The notes under the pieces: generated by a model
Database searches by the model: none
Told to the model about the DNA's origin: nothing
What the model saw: only the letters and a program-made list of their open reading frames with translations
Origin: an uncultured archaeon
Lineage (GTDB): Archaea; Asgardarchaeota; Thorarchaeia; Thorarchaeales; Thorarchaeaceae
Reading direction: 5' to 3'
DNA length: 9,206 nt
Assembly (NCBI GenBank): GCA_964648855.1
Contig: CAZYLT010000042.1
Location: 1-9,206, forward strand
Translations under genes and position numbers: made by a program
Part shown: positions 6,597 to 9,206 of the stretch, piece by piece
How the letters are laid out: every line of letters starts with the position of its first letter
Numbering within the stretch: position 1 is the stretch's first letter

Positions 6597-7607
6597 GTGT
6601 ATAAGCTGCAGCACAAATCACCATTCATGACCTTAAACAGAAGACAAATGAGGATTGTAGTGGGGCTAGACCAAGTCAAAGTTAGCGACCGAATCCTGAG
6701 AAAGGCAATCGAACGAGCCCGATACAACAGAACAGTCGAAGTAGGTGGAATATTAATCGGCTTTATCGATGAAAGATCTTCTAGATTCGATTCCTATGGA
6801 ACACTCCGAGTCATAAACGAGATTCCCAGTGGCCCGAGAGCAGAACGAACTGCCACAAGTCTACATGGGGATTTAGAGTATCAAGAAAAGCAATTCGAGC
6901 GAGTTTTTCAGAGAGATAGAAGGGTGCACCATTTAGGAAGCTGGCACAGTCACGTAGCTAACGGAATGCAACATCTGAGCAATGGAGATTTGCAATCCTA
7001 TCAGAATATGGTCTGCTCTGAAAGGCATAGACATTCTTACTACTTTGCTTTGTTGCTTCTGCGGCTCCCAGTCTTCGGCATTTGTGACCATTCGGTTTTC
7101 AATTATTTCCGGTTTTATCTAATCCATCGTGACTTTCATACAATATGCTTTGAATTGGGCAGGGACTGCATTACCATAGAAGAACAACCAGAAGATTACT
7201 CGAATCTGATTCAGGATTATGAAGTATTTCAGCAACAAAGAATCACAGTCTTGAACAAGGAGCCAGCAGGCTGGGTTAATTCTAGCACTGGAAGGAAGTT
7301 TCTGAAAAACGATTCAAAGATTATGGATTCGTTGACAGAAACTATACCAATCCTTGAACAGGGCCCAATTCTTCTGAGAAGGGGAAGCACCTCCGGCCGT
7401 ATAGTCAGGACATTCTTTCTAGGAAGCCACAGGATTGAATATCAATATCCCGAAGAAACGCTAAATGGACGCATAACGATTGAAGTATTCATGAGTGGGG
7501 ATAGAACCGACTATGAGCGAGTTCTTAGAGTAAAGCTGAGTCCTGTTCCCTTACGATTTAAGATCTTTAGGATCATAATTCAGACCCTATCAGAAATGAA
7601 CGAGTAA
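6597..7607 (+). CDS. JAB/MPN+ (JAMM) metalloprotease with an uncharacterised C-terminal extension
   Basis: EVGGILIG, GPRAER, GSWHSH...LSNGD (E-x-HxH-x-SxxD). GTG start with GGAGG at 6586-6590. Confidence 0.9.
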   Translation: MYKLQHKSPFMTLNRRQMRIVVGLDQVKVSDRILRKAIERARYNRTVEVGGILIGFIDERSSRFDSYGTLRVINEIPSGPRAERTATSLHGDLEYQEKQFERVFQRDRRVHHLGSWHSHVANGMQHLSNGDLQSYQNMVCSERHRHSYYFALLLLRLPVFGICDHSVFNYFRFYLIHRDFHTICFELGRDCITIEEQPEDYSNLIQDYEVFQQQRITVLNKEPAGWVNSSTGRKFLKNDSKIMDSLTETIPILEQGPILLRRGSTSGRIVRTFFLGSHRIEYQYPEETLNGRITIEVFMSGDRTDYERVLRVKLSPVPLRFKIFRIIIQTLSEMNE

Positions 7608-7748
7608 AGAAGGTAATAATCGAGAACCAATTATCAGTGAGTTGAGTGAAGAAGGTTTATCGGATGTTGAGAAGGGGGCTTAGCTTTCCTGATAGCCATC
7701 AAGTTAGGACAATACATACAGACCCAAGACTACTGGAGAAAGAAGTGA

Positions 7749-8777
7749 ATGAGTTCAACGAAGAGTACAATTATCCTTACAGAGTTTGGCTCTTCCCTAA
7801 GAAAGCAGGGAAAAAGGTTTGTGATTAGCGGAGAGGATGGAGAGAAGAAAAAGATTGCCACCTGCAAGGTAGACAAGATAATGTTGCCTTTGCGAGGCTC
7901 AAGTGTATCAACCGATGCCCTTCTTCTTGCAATGACCGACTCTATTCCAGTATTATTGATACAAAGAAACGGAGCGCCAGTTGGATTTTTGAACAACCTT
8001 CTGAAGAAGGGAAATGTTGACCTACGAAGAAAACAGTATAATTTAAGTAAAAAGGACCGAGCAGTTGTGTTGGCCAAGTCATTCGTGCTGGGAAAGGTAC
8101 AGAATCAAATAGGGCTGCTAAAGCGAAAGGCTGCCAATAGAAAGAAATCCAAACCAGCCCTCACGAAAGAGCTTTTGCAAAACACAGAAAAAATGCAATC
8201 CATACTGGATGGATTAAGTGAACATGCAAGTCATGGAACTGAAGTGATGGATCGACTGTTTGGGATCGAAGGCAGCATTGCGGCACGATATTGGCAGTCC
8301 ATCCGGAGAATACTGCCCGATTATCTTTTATTCAAAGGACGCACAGGTCGCGATGCAAATGACCTAGTTAATTGCATGCTGAATTATGGCTATGCCATTT
8401 TGCAGAGTGAAATATTGATAGGTATCCTGGCAACCGGACTTGACCCATCTGTTGGAATCCTTCATTCTGACAAAAAGGGTAGAAATTCTTGCGTTCTTGA
8501 TTTGATGGAGGAGTTTAGACCTATTGTTGATAGTGCGATACTGAAAATTATTGTAACGAGTAATGAAAATCTCAGTCAACATATCGATGGTGGGCGGTTG
8601 AGTAGAGAAATGAGAAGGATGATTGCAGGTGCCATTACAAACAGGCTCTCTACTGAGACTCGATATGGGACAAACTCAAGGAAAATCAAGGCTATCATAT
8701 CAAAACAGGCACAGAAGCTTGCGGAATGCATTGGGCATGAAGAGAAAGAATACTCACCTTTCGTGGTTAGGTGGTGA
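7749..8777 (+). CDS. cas1: CRISPR-associated endonuclease Cas1
   Basis: SVSTDAL, LFGIEGSIAARYW, NCMLNYGYAIL, GLDPSVGILH, LDLMEEFRP; catalytic E/H/acidic residues are present. Confidence 0.97.
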   Translation: MSSTKSTIILTEFGSSLRKQGKRFVISGEDGEKKKIATCKVDKIMLPLRGSSVSTDALLLAMTDSIPVLLIQRNGAPVGFLNNLLKKGNVDLRRKQYNLSKKDRAVVLAKSFVLGKVQNQIGLLKRKAANRKKSKPALTKELLQNTEKMQSILDGLSEHASHGTEVMDRLFGIEGSIAARYWQSIRRILPDYLLFKGRTGRDANDLVNCMLNYGYAILQSEILIGILATGLDPSVGILHSDKKGRNSCVLDLMEEFRPIVDSAILKIIVTSNENLSQHIDGGRLSREMRRMIAGAITNRLSTETRYGTNSRKIKAIISKQAQKLAECIGHEEKEYSPFVVRW

Positions 8778-9073
8778 ACCAGATCCACCACATTGCCATC
8801 TATGACATCTCGAAGGATTCTCTCAGGAATCGAGTCGCAAACAAGCTGCTTGACTATGGCATGCAGAGAATACAGTTTAGTGCATTCATGGGTATTTTGT
8901 CATTATCCCAGAGGGAGCAGCTTACAAGAGAATTGAAGGAGATTTGCAACAACGCAAATGATAACGATTCGGTTTTTATTGTGCCCATCTGTGAGGTTTG
9001 CCTTGGCAAGTCTACCATCTTGGGATCTATTGACTTACAAAGCCTTGAACTCCCTCCTGTGATCATGGTATGA
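8771..9073 (+). CDS. cas2: CRISPR-associated endoribonuclease Cas2
   Basis: IAIYDIS...RNRVANKLLDYG MQRIQFSAFMG...DSV...PICEVC. Overlaps the cas1 stop (GTG at 8771 or 8774). Confidence 0.96.
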   Translation: MVNQIHHIAIYDISKDSLRNRVANKLLDYGMQRIQFSAFMGILSLSQREQLTRELKEICNNANDNDSVFIVPICEVCLGKSTILGSIDLQSLELPPVIMV

Positions 9074-9182
9074 CATATCCGTCATGGATTTCTTGGTCAT
9101 GCATCAATCTCAAGCAATCCCCCATCAAAGATCCAAATCTCAAGTTAGAAAGTTGATAGACAATTGTTCATTGGGCATGGAT

Positions 9183-9206
9183 ATTCCCTTTCTTCGGGAT
9201 TCACTT
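9183..9206 (-). CRISPR. Partial CRISPR-type repeat, probably the degenerate terminal repeat of an array continuing beyond the window
   Basis: Minus strand reads AAGTGAATCCCGAAGAAAGGGAAT, identical to 3310-3333, then diverges (ATCC vs TAGAC). It lies 110 nt after cas2 and is truncated by the window end. Confidence 0.55.

Noticed and set aside
5272-7607. Calling the E2-E1-JAB trio type II CBASS or a sulfur-transfer (ThiS/MoaD) pathway
   Set aside because: No CD-NTase motif and no Gly-Gly-ending beta-grasp protein or cofactor-biosynthesis genes in the window.
7646-7828. 60-aa ORF before cas1
   Set aside because: Overlaps cas1 by 80 nt in another frame and has no motif.
4104-9066. Minus-strand ORFs opposite the NYN, E1, JAB, cas1 and cas2 genes, and out-of-frame plus ORFs 5630-5920 and 8623-8805
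   Set aside because: Shadows of well-supported genes.

Overview
Probable archaeal (inferred from GGTGA/GGAGG-type ribosome-binding sites and TTG/GTG starts) defence island next to a CRISPR adaptation module. Left part: a 4-TM protein with a C-terminal HEPN-like domain (RxxxxH), convergent with a two-gene CARF (stand-alone, ring-nuclease-like) + PIN RNase unit. Middle: a ~800-bp structured intergenic region with a lone CRISPR-type repeat, degenerate repeat-like units and hairpins. Right (+ strand): an unannotated 44-47 aa acidic micro-ORF ending in GEFAL, a MASE1-like membrane/NYN RNase/Zn-ribbon protein, then a prokaryotic ubiquitin-like conjugation trio (E2/UBC-like, ThiF/E1, JAB/MPN+ protease), cas1, cas2, and a second copy of the CRISPR-type repeat in inverted orientation, cut by the window end. 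The best candidate for a new system is the E2-E1-JAB module. It has no CD-NTase or beta-grasp Ubl in view, but the micro-ORF has a CD-NTase-like C-terminal tail, and it shares a 27-bp upstream element with the E2-E1-JAB operon. All protein calls come from motif recognition by eye, with no database searches.
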